A DNA stretch of 64,000 bases from an uncultured Magnetospirillum sp. Its GTDB lineage: Bacteria > Pseudomonadota > Alphaproteobacteria > Rhodospirillales > Magnetospirillaceae. Below are positions 50,594 through 58,447 of the stretch, piece by piece. The notes under the pieces were generated by a model that saw nothing but the letters and a program-made list of their open reading frames with translations, did no database searches and had not been told where the DNA came from. The stretch is taken from contig CAINTR010000204.1 in assembly GCA_903853455.1 (NCBI GenBank), positions 2,339 to 66,338 on the forward strand, given 5' to 3'. Position numbers and translations under genes: made by a program. Each line of letters begins with the position of its first letter. The stretch's first letter is position 1.

Positions 50594-51415
50594 CTAAAGA
50601 TCGATGGTCTCGATCTCCGACGCCGCGATGGCCCACGGCACGAAGACGCGGGCCACCCGGGCGAAGCGCTCCGGCGCGTCGGTGGCCAGGTAGCGGATGG
50701 TTCCCTGGCCGTCGGCGGGGGCTTTCAGATGCCTCAGCGACAACAGGTCCTCGATCACCATGGCGGTGGTCGAGGCCGAGTCCACCACCGCCACCTCCGG
50801 TCCCAGCAGGCGATGGAACAGCGGCGCCAGCGCCGGAAAATGGGTGCAGCCCAGCAACAGGCAATCGGCGGAATCCGGCCCGGTGAACAACGGGTCGAGG
50901 TAATGCCGGGCGATCTGCTCGGCGATGGGGCCGTCCACCATGCCCTCTTCCACCATGGAGACGAACAGCGGGCAGGCCAGCTGTGTCACCTGGGCGCCGG
51001 GGCGGGAATGCAGGATGGCGCGGGGATAGGTTCCCGCCTGGACGGCGCTTTCGGTGGCGACCACCACGATGCGGCCGCGCGCCGAGGCCGCCGCCGCCGC
51101 CGCCGCGCCGGGCTCCACCACGCCGATCACCGGCAGGCCGGGGAACTCGGCTCTGAGGGCTTCCAGCGCATGGGCCGACGAGGTGTTGTCGGCCACCAGC
51201 AGGGCCTTGATGCCGTAGGAGACCAGCCGGCGCGAGGCTTCCAGCGCATAGGCGGCCACGGTCTGGGCGCTTTTGGTGCCGTAGGGCAGGCGGGCGGTGT
51301 CGCCGAGATAGATCAGCGATTCGGCGGGCAGGCGCTCGCGCACCGCTTTCAGCACGGTCAAGCCCCCGACGCCCGAATCGAAGATGCCGATGGGCAGACG
51401 CGATGCCTTGTTCAT
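50594..51415 (-). CDS. murI: Glutamate racemase with atypical active site (first Cys replaced by Asp)
   Basis: IGIFDSGVGGLTV, YLGDTARLPYG, LVADNTSS (normally ACNTA), LGCTHFP. Confidence 0.9.
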   Translation of the reverse strand: MNKASRLPIGIFDSGVGGLTVLKAVRERLPAESLIYLGDTARLPYGTKSAQTVAAYALEASRRLVSYGIKALLVADNTSSAHALEALRAEFPGLPVIGVVEPGAAAAAAASARGRIVVVATESAVQAGTYPRAILHSRPGAQVTQLACPLFVSMVEEGMVDGPIAEQIARHYLDPLFTGPDSADCLLLGCTHFPALAPLFHRLLGPEVAVVDSASTTAMVIEDLLSLRHLKAPADGQGTIRYLATDAPERFARVARVFVPWAIAASEIETIDL

Positions 51416-51544
51416 GACCCGATCCTTCGGTAACCCTGGGTCTTCTTATCCGGTCCGGCCGGTCCGGGGCAACCCATAAAGGACTGGCCCCGCTGCTGGC
51501 TTCGTCGTACCGTTCCCGGCTCGAATCATCGGCAAGGACATGGC

Positions 51545-52243
51545 ATGACGCCGGCGCTGGACAGGGAAATCCTGCTGCAACTGCAATTCGCCCCCCTGTT
51601 CACCGGGGTGGTGGAAAAGGACATGCGGGGCCTGCTGGAGGGCGCCGAAATCCTGTCGCTGCCGCCCGAGCGTCAGCTCTATCGGGAAGGCGAGCCGGTG
51701 GACTGCTTCTATGTGGTGCTGGACGGTCATGTGGAGCTGTCGCTGGAGTCCGGCGGGCGCAAGAGCGTGGTCGAGGTGGCGCGCCGCTCCGCCGTGCTGG
51801 GCGACGCCGCCATGTTCGGCTCCGGCCGCTACATCATGTCGGCGCGGGTGCTGACCCAGGCGAGCCTGCTGGCCATTCCGGCGGCGGCGTTCCGCGCCCG
51901 CCTGGAAGGCCGCATGGACATCCTGCTGCACATGCTGACCACCATGTCGCTGCGGCTGCGCATGCTGGTGCGCCAGATCGCCGAGCTGAAGCTGAAGACC
52001 ACCGCCCAGCGGCTGGGCAGCTTCCTGCTGACCATGGTGGAGACCGATGAGGGCCGTGCCGAGCTGCGCTTTCCCTACGACAAGAAGCTGGTGGCCGACC
52101 AGTTGGGCATGAAGCCGGAAAGCCTGTCGCGCGCTCTGGGCAAGCTGGCGCGGCTGGGGGTCGAATCGCGGCCCGACAATTCGGTGGTCGTCGCCGACGT
52201 GGCGCGGCTGCGCGACTTCTGCGCCGAAGACGAGGTGGGATGA
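51545..52243 (+). CDS. Crp/Fnr-family regulator (no FNR Cys cluster)
   Basis: cNMP-type beta-barrel, TTAQRLGSFL, LGMKPESLSR recognition helix. Confidence 0.92.
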   Translation: MTPALDREILLQLQFAPLFTGVVEKDMRGLLEGAEILSLPPERQLYREGEPVDCFYVVLDGHVELSLESGGRKSVVEVARRSAVLGDAAMFGSGRYIMSARVLTQASLLAIPAAAFRARLEGRMDILLHMLTTMSLRLRMLVRQIAELKLKTTAQRLGSFLLTMVETDEGRAELRFPYDKKLVADQLGMKPESLSRALGKLARLGVESRPDNSVVVADVARLRDFCAEDEVG

Positions 52244-52947
52244 TGGGCACCCTGGCATCCTCCGATCTCGACCTCGTCGCCCAGGCTCCCCTGCTGGCCG
52301 GGCTTGGCACCGGCGAGCTGGCGGTGCTGCTGGACGGCGCCCATGTGCAGGCCTATCCCGAGGTGGAACTGCTGTTCAGCCAGGGCGACAAGGCCGACCG
52401 CTTCTTCGTGGTGCTGGAAGGCCGGGTCAACCTGTTCGCCCTGACCGAGACCGGCGACCAGTCCATCATCGAGGTGTTCGATCCCATCTGCACCTTCGCC
52501 GAGGCGGCCATCTTCTCGTCGGGCATTTTCCCGCTCAACTGCGAGGTGGCGGCCGGGTCGCGGCTGGTCCACATCCCGGCGGCGCTGTTCCTCAAACGGT
52601 TGGCCGACAACCCGGCCATGGGGCTGACCCTGCTGTCCGGCCTGTCGCGCTGGCAGACCCGTCTGGTCCACGAGATCAGCGAGTTGAAAAGCAAATCGCC
52701 CAGCCAGCGTCTCGCCACCTTCCTGCTGGCCCTGGCGGCGAAGGAGGTCGGGAGCGGCAATTCCGAACGGGTGCGCCTGCCGCTGACCAAGTCGGTGCTG
52801 GCCAGCCGTATCGGCATCGCGCCGGAAAGCCTGTCGCGGGCGCTGAACCGCCTCAAGGCGGTGGGCGTGGAAACCCACGGCCGCGAGGTCGAGATCACCG
52901 ACATCGAGGCGCTGCGCCGCCTGGTCCGCGACGGCGGCGGCGACTAA
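52240..52947 (+). CDS. Second Crp/Fnr-family regulator (tandem, ATGA overlap)
   Basis: FSQGDKADRFFVVLEG, FAEAA, SPSQRLATFL, IGIAPESLSR. Confidence 0.92.
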   Translation: MMGTLASSDLDLVAQAPLLAGLGTGELAVLLDGAHVQAYPEVELLFSQGDKADRFFVVLEGRVNLFALTETGDQSIIEVFDPICTFAEAAIFSSGIFPLNCEVAAGSRLVHIPAALFLKRLADNPAMGLTLLSGLSRWQTRLVHEISELKSKSPSQRLATFLLALAAKEVGSGNSERVRLPLTKSVLASRIGIAPESLSRALNRLKAVGVETHGREVEITDIEALRRLVRDGGGD

Positions 52948-52972
52948 GAAATATGCAGTCGCCGCGACCTGC

Positions 52973-52986
52973 TTAACAAACGTCAA
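52973..52986 (+). promoter_or_regulatory. NNR/DNR-type Crp/Fnr box
   Basis: TTAAC-AAAC-GTCAA centred about 60 nt upstream of the DUF2249 gene. Confidence 0.7.
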
Positions 52987-53039
52987 GGCGGCTGCCCGGA
53001 CGGGTGGGCAGGGTTGGGTCAGACTTGAGGATACAAGTG

Positions 53040-53618
53040 ATGGCTGAAAACCCGTCGATGGAAGCTAACACGAAAGCGGGCGGCCCGCCGGAATGGCTGG
53101 CCTTGGCGCTGGATCGTCCGCCGGTCGATGTGCGCGGCATCCTGGCGGGCGGCGAGGACCCTTTCGCCGCCATCATGGAGGCGGCGGCCCCGATCGCCTT
53201 CGGCGGCTTCCTGGTGATCGACGCCCCGTTCAACCCGTCGCCGTTGCGCCGCATCCTGGCGGGACGCGGCTTCTCCTCCTACGGCCGTAAGCTGTCCGAG
53301 GGCCATTGGCGGGTGTTCTTCCACCTGGACGGCGGCGCCGACTGGGAAGCCGGCGCCGAGGTCGAGGTCCTGCCCGAGGGCGCCATGACCTGGCGCGAGG
53401 ATGACGGCATCCATATCGACGTGCGCAAACTGAGCCCGCCCAATCCGCTGTTGGCCATCATCCGCCTGATCGAAGGCATCGACGGCGACGAGACCGTGGT
53501 GGTTCATCACGACCGCGAGCCGCAATTGCTCGCCCCCGAATTGGCCGAGCGCGGCTGGCACATCGCCCGCATGGCCAGCGAGGTCGTCAACATCCGCCTG
53601 TGGCTGGAGCGCATCTGA
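53040..53618 (+). CDS. Tandem DUF2249-domain protein
   Basis: VDVRGILAGGEDPFAAIM..APFNPSPL and IDVRKLSPPNPL..HDREP.LL.PEL.ERG; alternative start 53058. Confidence 0.85.
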   Translation: MAENPSMEANTKAGGPPEWLALALDRPPVDVRGILAGGEDPFAAIMEAAAPIAFGGFLVIDAPFNPSPLRRILAGRGFSSYGRKLSEGHWRVFFHLDGGADWEAGAEVEVLPEGAMTWREDDGIHIDVRKLSPPNPLLAIIRLIEGIDGDETVVVHHDREPQLLAPELAERGWHIARMASEVVNIRLWLERI

Positions 53619-54916
53619 TGTTTCCCGGCAGCCTGATGATGGGGGCCAAGGAGCGTCTGCTTCCGCCCTCGCTTCCCTATCGCTTCTTCATCGCCGCCGT
53701 GGTGTTCCACATGGCCGCCTGGGCCACCCTGCTGGCGGCGGGGCCGGAGGCGGTGCTGGGTTTCATGGGCGGGCAGGGGCTGGTGCTGGCGGCCCTGCAC
53801 ATGATCACGCTGGGCACCTTGGCCATGTCCGCCATGGGGGCCTCGATCCAATTGTTGCCGGTGGCGACCCGCCGGCCGCTGGGGCCGCTATGGGCGATCC
53901 GGCTGATGTTCTGGCTCTACGCCCCCGGCGTGGCGGTGTTCGTCGCCGGCCTCGGTCTGGCGATCCCCGGGGCGCAGCATCTGGGCGGCGCTCTGGCGGT
54001 GGCGGGGCTGACGGTGTTCGGCGGACTGGTGGCGGCCAATCTGCGCCAGGTCGGCGACCTGCCCGGCGTCACCCGCTACACCTGGATGGCGGTGGTGTCG
54101 CTGGCGGCGCTGGCGGTGCTGGGGCTGGGCCTGGTGGTGGACTTCACAAAGGGTTTTCTGCCCGATCACGGCGCTGTCGCCGTCACCCATGCGGTGCTGG
54201 CCGGCTATGGCTTCATGGGCATGCTGGCGCTGGGCTTTTCCACCGTGCTGATTCCCATGTTCGTGCTGGGCTCGGCGGTGCCGGACAAGCTGGCCAAGCG
54301 CTCGGCGCTGGCCTCCGGCATCGCCCTGACGGTGGCGGTGGTCGGCGTGGCGTCGGGAATCGGCGCCGTCGCCGCCTTGGGGGCGGTGCTGGGATTGGTC
54401 GCGGTGGGGCTGCACGCCCATGCCCTCAGCGGCACCATCAAGAGCCGCATGAAGAAGCGGTTCGAGCCGTTCTTCCGGCTGGTCTGGGTGGCGGTGGTCC
54501 TGCTGCCGCTGGGATTGCTGGTCGGGCTGGCCCTGGCCCTGGGGGCGCCGGCCGATCCGTGGGCGACCCTGTGGGGGTTCCTGCTGATTTTCGGCTGGCT
54601 GTTGACCTTCGTCACGGCCCTGCTGCAACGGATCATGCCATTCCTGGCCTCCATGCATTCGTCGTCGCTGGGCGGCAAGCCGGCGCTGCTGTCCCGGCTG
54701 GCCCCCAAGCTGCCGGTCGATATCCACCTCGCCTGCCATACGGCGGCGCTGGTTCTGATCGCCGCCGCCATCATCGGCGGCTGGACCTGGCCGCTGTGGC
54801 TGGGGCTGGTCGCCGGCCTGGCCGGTTCCATCGCTTTCGGCGGGTTCGCCATCGAGGTGATCCGCCGCTACCGCACCCACATGAATGCGGCCGCCGCCGC
54901 CAACCACGAAGGATAG
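53618..54916 (+). CDS. Polytopic membrane protein (~12 TM) associated with DUF2249
   Basis: HMITLG..AMSAMGA..QLLPV, HAVLAGYGF, RIMPFL; coupled to the upstream gene by TGATG. Confidence 0.8.
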   Translation: MFPGSLMMGAKERLLPPSLPYRFFIAAVVFHMAAWATLLAAGPEAVLGFMGGQGLVLAALHMITLGTLAMSAMGASIQLLPVATRRPLGPLWAIRLMFWLYAPGVAVFVAGLGLAIPGAQHLGGALAVAGLTVFGGLVAANLRQVGDLPGVTRYTWMAVVSLAALAVLGLGLVVDFTKGFLPDHGAVAVTHAVLAGYGFMGMLALGFSTVLIPMFVLGSAVPDKLAKRSALASGIALTVAVVGVASGIGAVAALGAVLGLVAVGLHAHALSGTIKSRMKKRFEPFFRLVWVAVVLLPLGLLVGLALALGAPADPWATLWGFLLIFGWLLTFVTALLQRIMPFLASMHSSSLGGKPALLSRLAPKLPVDIHLACHTAALVLIAAAIIGGWTWPLWLGLVAGLAGSIAFGGFAIEVIRRYRTHMNAAAAANHEG

Positions 54917-54921
54917 CCCCC

Positions 54922-55413
54922 ATGCAGACCCAGACCGGCGCCCTGTTGCATCAGGCCCACATGACCACCATCGAGGCCCTGCAGTCGCTGGAGGAATTCC
55001 TCGGCGCCAACCGCAAGTCGCCCCAGGTGGACGATCTGGTGGCGCGCAAGCTGAAGCAGCTGTCGCGCACGCTCCGTTCCGAGGTGGAAAGTCATTTCAG
55101 CTTCGAGGAGAACCACCTGTTCAAGGCGTTTGTCGAACAGGGCGAGACCGGCATCGTCACCATGCTGACCCACGAACACCGCTCGATCCTGCCGCTGGCG
55201 ATCCAGGTGGCCGACCTGGCGGTCGCCGCCGCCGATGCCGGCTTCACCGATGCGAGCTGGGGCGAGTTCAAGGATGCCGGCGCCGAACTGATCGAGCGCG
55301 AGATCTTCCACATCCAGAAGGAGGAGATGGGCCTGCTGGCCGCCATTTCCGCCCTGCTCGACCCCGAGGCCGACGCGGCGATGGCCGACACCTACCGCAG
55401 CGAAGTGGGGTGA
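54922..55413 (+). CDS. Hemerythrin/HHE di-iron domain protein
   Basis: H..H, HFSFEE..LF, HEH, HIQKEE..L. Confidence 0.88.
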   Translation: MQTQTGALLHQAHMTTIEALQSLEEFLGANRKSPQVDDLVARKLKQLSRTLRSEVESHFSFEENHLFKAFVEQGETGIVTMLTHEHRSILPLAIQVADLAVAAADAGFTDASWGEFKDAGAELIEREIFHIQKEEMGLLAAISALLDPEADAAMADTYRSEVG

Positions 55414-55429
55414 CACCCGCTTCGCGAAC

Positions 55430-55453
55430 CCCTCGCCCGTAACCGGGCGAGGG
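55430..55453. terminator. Hairpin between convergent genes
   Basis: CCCTCGCCCG-taac-CGGGCGAGGG. Confidence 0.55.
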
Positions 55454-55801
55454 TTACGACTCTTCTTCGTCGATGGCGTTGGCCGGGAGCACGGTGACGC
55501 CCGAGCCGTCTTCTTCCTCGATCAGGACGATGTCGCCCTCGATCCGGTCGTCGCCTTCGGCCAGATGATTGAAATAGTGCCAGATGAACGACACGGCGAT
55601 GGTCTGGTCGATCTCGTCTTCCTCGTCCATCTCGTCTTCGTCCATGGCGGAGATGTCGCGCAGGATGTCCAGCGAGTCGTCGAACATTTCGGTCAGGTCG
55701 GGGCTGTCTTCCAGCACGTTCTTGATGATGTAGTCGTGTTCGGCATCTTCCAGCTCGTACTTCCACTGGGCGGTGCCCGACTTGTAGTAGACGGTGATCA
55801 T
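55454..55801 (-). CDS. Very acidic small hypothetical protein
   Basis: 115 aa, 36 D/E versus 5 K/R by manual count; GGAGAGG RBS; strong GC3 bias. Confidence 0.8.
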   Translation of the reverse strand: MITVYYKSGTAQWKYELEDAEHDYIIKNVLEDSPDLTEMFDDSLDILRDISAMDEDEMDEEDEIDQTIAVSFIWHYFNHLAEGDDRIEGDIVLIEEEDGSGVTVLPANAIDEEES

Positions 55802-55939
55802 CGGGCCTCTCCTTGGTCGAAACGGATTGGCGGGACCTTCGGCGATTTGCGGAAAAAAGGCAAGGGGACGATTGCCGGCTTGGCGCATCGCCCCATGTCG
55901 GATAAGACCGGCGAGGGTTTCGTTGGGAGATAGAGAGAC

Positions 55940-56800
55940 ATGGCTGACAAGCAGGTTTGGATTCTGACCATCACCTGTCCCGACACGGTGGGGATCGTGG
56001 CGGCGGTCTCGGGCTTTCTCAGCCAGCACGATTGCTTCATCACCGAAGCGGCCCAGTACGGCGACCCGCTGTCGTCGCGGTTCTTCATGCGCATCGTGTT
56101 CGGATCGGGGGCCATGACGCCGGCCAAGCCCGAATTCGAGAAGCTGTTCACCGCCATCGCCCAGCGTTTTCAGATGATCTGGAAGCTGCACGACGCCAAC
56201 CGCAAGCCGCGGGTGGTGATCCTAGTCTCCAAGTTCGGCCACTGCCTCAACGACCTGCTGCACCGCTACCACACCGGATCGCTGGCGGTGGAGATTCCGG
56301 CGGTGATCTCCAACCACCCGGAGATGCGCTCCATCGTCGAATGGCACGGCATTCCCTATCACTACCTGGCGGTGGACAAGCACGACAAGGCGGACCAGGA
56401 AGCGCGCGTGATGGAGGCCATCGCCCGCGCCGATTCCGATCTGGTGGTGCTGGCCCGTTACATGCAGATCCTGTCGGCGGACATGTGCCGGCAATTGCAG
56501 GGCAAGGCCATCAACATCCACCACTCGTTCCTACCCAGCTTCAAGGGGGCCAAGCCGTATCACCAGGCCCATGCGCGGGGCGTCAAGATCATCGGCGCCA
56601 CCGCCCATTACGTGACGCCCGACCTGGACGAAGGCCCCATCATCGAGCAGGGCGTCGAGCGCGTCGACCACACCCACACCCCCGAGGATCTGGTGGCCAT
56701 CGGCCGCGACATCGAGAACGTGGTGCTGGCCCGCGCCGTGCGCTGGCACACCGAGCAGCGGGTGCTGCTCAACGGCTCCAAGACGGTGGTGTTCCGATAG
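55940..56800 (+). CDS. purU: Formyltetrahydrofolate deformylase
   Basis: ACT domain, VSKFGHCL, LARYMQIL, INIHHSFLP.FKGAKPY, LDEGPII. Confidence 0.96.
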   Translation: MADKQVWILTITCPDTVGIVAAVSGFLSQHDCFITEAAQYGDPLSSRFFMRIVFGSGAMTPAKPEFEKLFTAIAQRFQMIWKLHDANRKPRVVILVSKFGHCLNDLLHRYHTGSLAVEIPAVISNHPEMRSIVEWHGIPYHYLAVDKHDKADQEARVMEAIARADSDLVVLARYMQILSADMCRQLQGKAINIHHSFLPSFKGAKPYHQAHARGVKIIGATAHYVTPDLDEGPIIEQGVERVDHTHTPEDLVAIGRDIENVVLARAVRWHTEQRVLLNGSKTVVFR

Positions 56801-56839
56801 GTTTGTGACCGGCAAGCCGAGAAATCGGCTTGCCTCGTG

Positions 56840-56890
56840 CCCCTCAATCGCCGGGCCTTGCTCGCGGCTCCGAGCGAAATTCGCTCGTCG
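56840..56890 (+). repeat. CCCTCA-CGCCGGG structured repeat, internally deleted copy
   Basis: CCCTCAATCGCCGGGCCTTGC..CGAGCGAAATTCGCTCGTCG; lacks the module between the two CGCCGGGC direct repeats. Confidence 0.75.
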
Positions 56891-56893
56891 CTC

Positions 56894-57532
56894 CTACTTC
56901 TCGAAACTGACCGTGGCGAAGGCGCGGCCGATGCGCTCGGCCTCCCATGCCGACGGCGGCATGGGGGCGGCGCCGACGGCGGTGACGCCGGTGCCCTGGC
57001 CGGGGGAGAGTTCGACGCTGCCGCTGGGGGTGGTGACGACGACGCGGCCCTCCAGAAGCAGCACGTTCAGCAAGGCGTCGAGCGGGCCGCCCCAGAAGCG
57101 GGTGCCGCGCACCCCCACCGAGGCCACCGGCGTCTTCACCACCAGCGGATGGTCGGGCAGCTTGCCCACCTGACCGGTCTCCAGCAGGAACGATCCCTGG
57201 ATCAGGCTTAGGCCCGCCTTGCCCTCGGCGGTGGCAGGAGCCCAGGCGAACTCGTCCACCACCATCTCGGCGCCGTCGCTGAGTGTCAGTTCCATGCCGT
57301 CGGCGAAGCGCAGTTGCAGACGCGAGGCCGGGCCGGTGCGCAGGCGGTCGCCCCGGTGGACCGGGTCGCCCGCCGCCAGAATCCGGCTGCCGGCGGCCTC
57401 GACCGCCTGGGCGCTGCCTTGCAGGCGGGTGACGGTGGCGGCGTTCGCCGGCGCGGAGTCTTGGGCGAAGGCCGGCGACCAGGCCAGCCCGGCCAGCAGA
57501 AGGATAAGGATGACTCCCGGTCGGACCGCCAT
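56894..57532 (-). CDS. Exported FecR-domain protein
   Basis: Signal peptide, GDRLRTGPASRLQLRFADG, TP.ASVGVRGT. Confidence 0.85.
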   Translation of the reverse strand: MAVRPGVILILLLAGLAWSPAFAQDSAPANAATVTRLQGSAQAVEAAGSRILAAGDPVHRGDRLRTGPASRLQLRFADGMELTLSDGAEMVVDEFAWAPATAEGKAGLSLIQGSFLLETGQVGKLPDHPLVVKTPVASVGVRGTRFWGGPLDALLNVLLLEGRVVVTTPSGSVELSPGQGTGVTAVGAAPMPPSAWEAERIGRAFATVSFEK

Positions 57533-57608
57533 AATCCCCCCTCGCCCTCTGCTTGTTGTATCGCCATTATCTCGGGAAGGATTGCCGTCAGGTCAAGGAG
57601 TTAGATGC

Positions 57609-57977
57609 ATGCGCCCGTGGATATTGTTGGCCGGACTCAACGGGGCCATGGCCATCGGCCTGGCCGCCTATGGCGCCCATGGCGTGGATGCGGCGGTGGC
57701 GCCGCTGATGGAGCGGGCCAGCCTGTTCCAGCTGATCCATGCCGTGGCGCTGCTGTCCATCGACCGGCTGGCCGGCGAGGGCCGCCGAAGCGCCCGGCTC
57801 GGCGGCGTTTTGATTGCGGTCGGGATTGCCATGTTCTCCGGTTCTTTGTACATTAAGGCTATGTTCGGGCCGTTGCCGTTGCCGCTGGTGACGCCGGCCG
57901 GGGGGATTTCGCTGATATTGGGCTGGATCATGATTGCGGGGGCGGCCATCGGCCGCGGCAGGCGTCCTGCGGTTTGA
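57609..57977 (+). CDS. DUF423 (YgdD/TMEM256) membrane protein
   Basis: [31 protein letters not shown]. Confidence 0.85.
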   Translation: MRPWILLAGLNGAMAIGLAAYGAHGVDAAVAPLMERASLFQLIHAVALLSIDRLAGEGRRSARLGGVLIAVGIAMFSGSLYIKAMFGPLPLPLVTPAGGISLILGWIMIAGAAIGRGRRPAV

Positions 57978-58074
57978 CTCGGGCTGGCGAATTGGTAATG
58001 ATGCCTATAGGGTAACTGTTGGATTTCCGGTTTCGCCTCCCGGCACCGGGCTGTGGTTTTTGTTGGGGTATGTC

Positions 58075-58440
58075 ATGACCAAGTCTGTACTGATCGTCGA
58101 AGACAACGAGTTGAACATGAAATTGTTCAACGACCTGCTTCAAGCCAACGGCTACACGACGCTCCAGACCAAGGATGGCCGCGAGGCCATGGACATCGCC
58201 CGCAAGCACCGCCCCGACCTGATCCTGATGGACATCCAACTGCCGGAAATCTCCGGCCTTGAGATCACCAAGATGCTCAAGGAAGACGCCGAACTGAAAA
58301 ACATCCCGGTCATCGCGGTGACCGCCTTCGCCATGAAGGGCGACGAGGAGAAGATTCGCGAAGGCGGCTGCGAGGGCTATATCGCCAAGCCCATCTCGGT
58401 CTCCAGCTTCCTTCAGACCGTCTCCCGCTTTCTCGACTGA
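58075..58440 (+). CDS. divK: DivK-like single-domain response regulator
   Basis: [59 protein letters not shown]. Confidence 0.88.
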   Translation: MTKSVLIVEDNELNMKLFNDLLQANGYTTLQTKDGREAMDIARKHRPDLILMDIQLPEISGLEITKMLKEDAELKNIPVIAVTAFAMKGDEEKIREGGCEGYIAKPISVSSFLQTVSRFLD

Positions 58441-58447
58441 TCCTCCC

